This document shows positions 25,949 to 27,852 of a DNA stretch of 27,852 nucleotides, one piece after another. Numbering within the stretch: the stretch's first letter is position 1; the number at the start of each line of letters is the position of its first letter. The position numbers and the translations under genes are program-made. Location of the stretch: the IMG/VR virus record IMGVR_UViG_3300026522_000846; one strand, written 5' to 3'. Below the pieces are notes generated by a model, which saw only the letters and a program-made list of their open reading frames with translations, did no database searches and had not been told where the DNA came from. This DNA is from an uncultured virus (IMG/VR IMGVR_UViG_3300026522_000846) (lineage: Duplodnaviria > Heunggongvirae > Uroviricota > Caudoviricetes).

Positions 25949-27730
25949 ATGGAGAAACTGATGTTACAGTCTTTAACTTTTCATAAACAGAAAAATTTAT
26001 TTAATGGAGTGAATCAAAGATTCACTCCTATTATCGCTGTTGTTTTTCTGGCGATCGCTCTTCTGATCCCTCAATGTATCAATATTGGCGGAGTCAGTGT
26101 TGACTATTATTATATGCTAAAAGACGGAGGGTATCTTTTAGACCATCCATGGTCGTTTCCCAAATCAAATGTCTTTTCTTATATTCCCGGACAGAAAATT
26201 CTGTTTCAGCAATGGGGGTATATGGTGCTTGCAGCCTTCCTGACTCGTACTTTCGGAAATGCCATTGGAACGATACTTTTGGTTGATCTGTCCGTAGCTC
26301 TTTTTGTCATTTCTTTTACATGGTTCTTTCGCCTGCGGAAAATTCCCATGTCCTTGAGTTTTCTGTTCGCCGTACTTTTGGAAGTTATTGAACCCTATCA
26401 CGGTGTCCGACCGGAACTATTGACTATTGCACTTCTTATGTTACAAATCTGCGGACTGGAGCAGTTTTGTAACGTAGGGGAAAAAGTAGAAACACTTCCA
26501 TTTTTTCGTGCGAAAAAGTGGAGATGGCTCTTGTTTTTACCATTTATGACAGTCCTGGAAATGAACCTGCATGGCAGTATGTGGATAATGCACTTTGTTG
26601 TCGTCCTGCCTTATCTTGTTCAATGGCTATTCCATCGACGGTTTCACCGACAGCAATATCCAAGATGGTACGGAATTTTCCTGTTTCTTGGCATGGTTTC
26701 CATGATCCCCTGCCTGTTTTTGAATCCGTATGGAATAGACGGCATTCTCTATCTGCCACGTTCAATGAAATATTTGAATCAGTACGGCGGTTGTATTTCA
26801 GAACTTCGCTCTGTCACGATGCCAAAACAAATAGGATTGATATTCTTTAGTCCGTGGGTTCGTGTGATGTCTGGGGTTTTGTTGTTGACGGTTTTTACCG
26901 TTCTCTCCATTGAATGGAACGAATGCGAAGCGATCAAGCAACTTGTTGCTTGCTTCGGAAGAATCGTTCCTAGGAGTGAACTAAAGGTTCACTCCATTGA
27001 GCGAAAAAAGCTGCATATTGGTGACTTCTGCATGATTCTCGGACTGACCGTATTGGCGTGGACAAAAGTACGGCAGACAATGTGGATGGATATTGCCTTT
27101 GCTTTCCTTATTGCGTGGTCGTCTGAACTTTTGCGAAGCAAAGGTTCAGAGTTAATGGAACGACACAAAGTGTCGTTCCTAGGAATGGATCGTAGATCCA
27201 TTCCATTAAAGACCGTAGGACGAACATTTAAATTCGAAAAAAGTAACAATAAACTGTCTTTTCTTGTAATGGCTTTGTCTGCTTTGGTATTGGTAACGAA
27301 TACTTATACGACCAATCTGAATGCTACATTCCATCCGAAAGATAGTATTATTACCCCGATAAAGGCAGTAAGATGGCTGAACGCTCACGGAAAGAGCAAA
27401 GCATCGATCCTATGCTGTCATGATTTCGGTTCGTATTTGCAGTACAAAGGCTTTCGTGTAGCCATGGACAGTCGTCCTGAATGCTATTCCAAAGCCATTG
27501 GTGGGCGTTCCGTAGCAGAAAACATTGTGCCTTTGTACGATATGAAATCTTATCATATCAGGAATGCAGACGCATACTATCACAAAATAACGACATTATA
27601 CCGTGCAGACTATGCCATAGCTTATGATCGAAGTGACATATTTTCCTATCTCATAAAGAACGATCCAAATTATCATGCGGTAGTCAAAGGGAAAGGATAT
27701 ATCCTGTACGAATGTGAAGCCTCACACTAA
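25949..27730 (+). CDS. Polytopic membrane protein, putative GT-C glycosyltransferase
   Basis: About 10 or more TM segments; D in the first outer loop, QQW, RPEL, NLHG, NPYG, DSRPE; adjacent to the GT2 gene. Confidence 0.65.
   Translation: MEKLMLQSLTFHKQKNLFNGVNQRFTPIIAVVFLAIALLIPQCINIGGVSVDYYYMLKDGGYLLDHPWSFPKSNVFSYIPGQKILFQQWGYMVLAAFLTRTFGNAIGTILLVDLSVALFVISFTWFFRLRKIPMSLSFLFAVLLEVIEPYHGVRPELLTIALLMLQICGLEQFCNVGEKVETLPFFRAKKWRWLLFLPFMTVLEMNLHGSMWIMHFVVVLPYLVQWLFHRRFHRQQYPRWYGIFLFLGMVSMIPCLFLNPYGIDGILYLPRSMKYLNQYGGCISELRSVTMPKQIGLIFFSPWVRVMSGVLLLTVFTVLSIEWNECEAIKQLVACFGRIVPRSELKVHSIERKKLHIGDFCMILGLTVLAWTKVRQTMWMDIAFAFLIAWSSELLRSKGSELMERHKVSFLGMDRRSIPLKTVGRTFKFEKSNNKLSFLVMALSALVLVTNTYTTNLNATFHPKDSIITPIKAVRWLNAHGKSKASILCCHDFGSYLQYKGFRVAMDSRPECYSKAIGGRSVAENIVPLYDMKSYHIRNADAYYHKITTLYRADYAIAYDRSDIFSYLIKNDPNYHAVVKGKGYILYECEASH
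26001..26030. repeat. Palindromic element type I, single hairpin in frame
   Basis: TTAAT-GGAGTGAATC-AAA-GATTCACTCC-TA; differs from 2526-2555 by one compensatory pair (C-G to T-A). Confidence 0.9.
26914..26996. repeat. Palindromic element type I with a nested CAAGCAAC hairpin, in frame
   Basis: GGAACGA-[ATGCGAAGCG-ATCAAGCAACTTGTTGCTTGCT-TCGGAAGAA]-TCGTTCC-TA-GGAGTGAACT-AAA-GGTTCACTCC. Confidence 0.88.
27117..27225 (+). repeat. Type II element interrupted by a type I element, in frame
   Basis: TCTGAACTTTTGC-GAA-GCAAAGGTTCAGA-GTTAA-[T-GGAACGACAC-AAA-GTGTCGTTCC-TA-GGAATGGATC-GTA-GATCCATTCC-ATTAA]-AGACCGTAGGACGAAC. Confidence 0.92.
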
Positions 27731-27742
27731 AGTCGCGTGCTT

Positions 27743-27769
27743 CTTATAAGGAGTATCATACCTTATAAG
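27743..27769. other. Inverted repeat after the last gene
   Basis: CTTATAAGG-AGTATCATA-CCTTATAAG; no T tail, role unclear. Confidence 0.45.
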
Positions 27770-27852
27770 ACTCGCTGACTACAGATACAGCTAAAACCGT
27801 GCTACTGTATGCTTACGCATACAGAGCGGAGTTTAAGCTAATGAGTGTAGAC

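Noticed and set aside
2530..27225. Palindromic repeats as a CRISPR array or attC cassette array
   Set aside because: They are dispersed, often intragenic and not regularly spaced; no cas or integron integrase gene is visible.

Overview
This window looks like part of a large conjugative element (plasmid or ICE) from a Gram-positive, probably Clostridia-like host; the host is inferred from protein families and RBS style. The left 15.5 kb reads on the minus strand. It holds a Tad/Flp type IV pilus cluster (cpaF, tadB, tadC, flp, two pseudopilins, cpaB) directly upstream of a Gram-positive type IV secretion core (VirB2-like, VirB6-like, PrgI, VirB4). A 770-bp divergent intergenic region with a degenerate 11-12 bp tandem array follows. 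The plus strand then carries dnaE, a 42-aa sORF, a HipA-fold pseudokinase, recJ, a cassette bounded by nested duplications (CtkA/HipA kinase, small partner ORF, XRE-HTH), and a GT2 plus GT-C-like glycosylation pair. The most striking unexplained signal is a dispersed family of about 15 short modular palindromic DNA elements of two types. They lie between genes and inside at least five ORFs that stay open. They show compensatory stem changes and C-(GNA/AAA)-G triloops, and one copy is nested in another with an apparent TTAA duplication. A shared, oriented upstream motif (CTTA(A)CRTTTTAYTCATA) precedes five transcription units.
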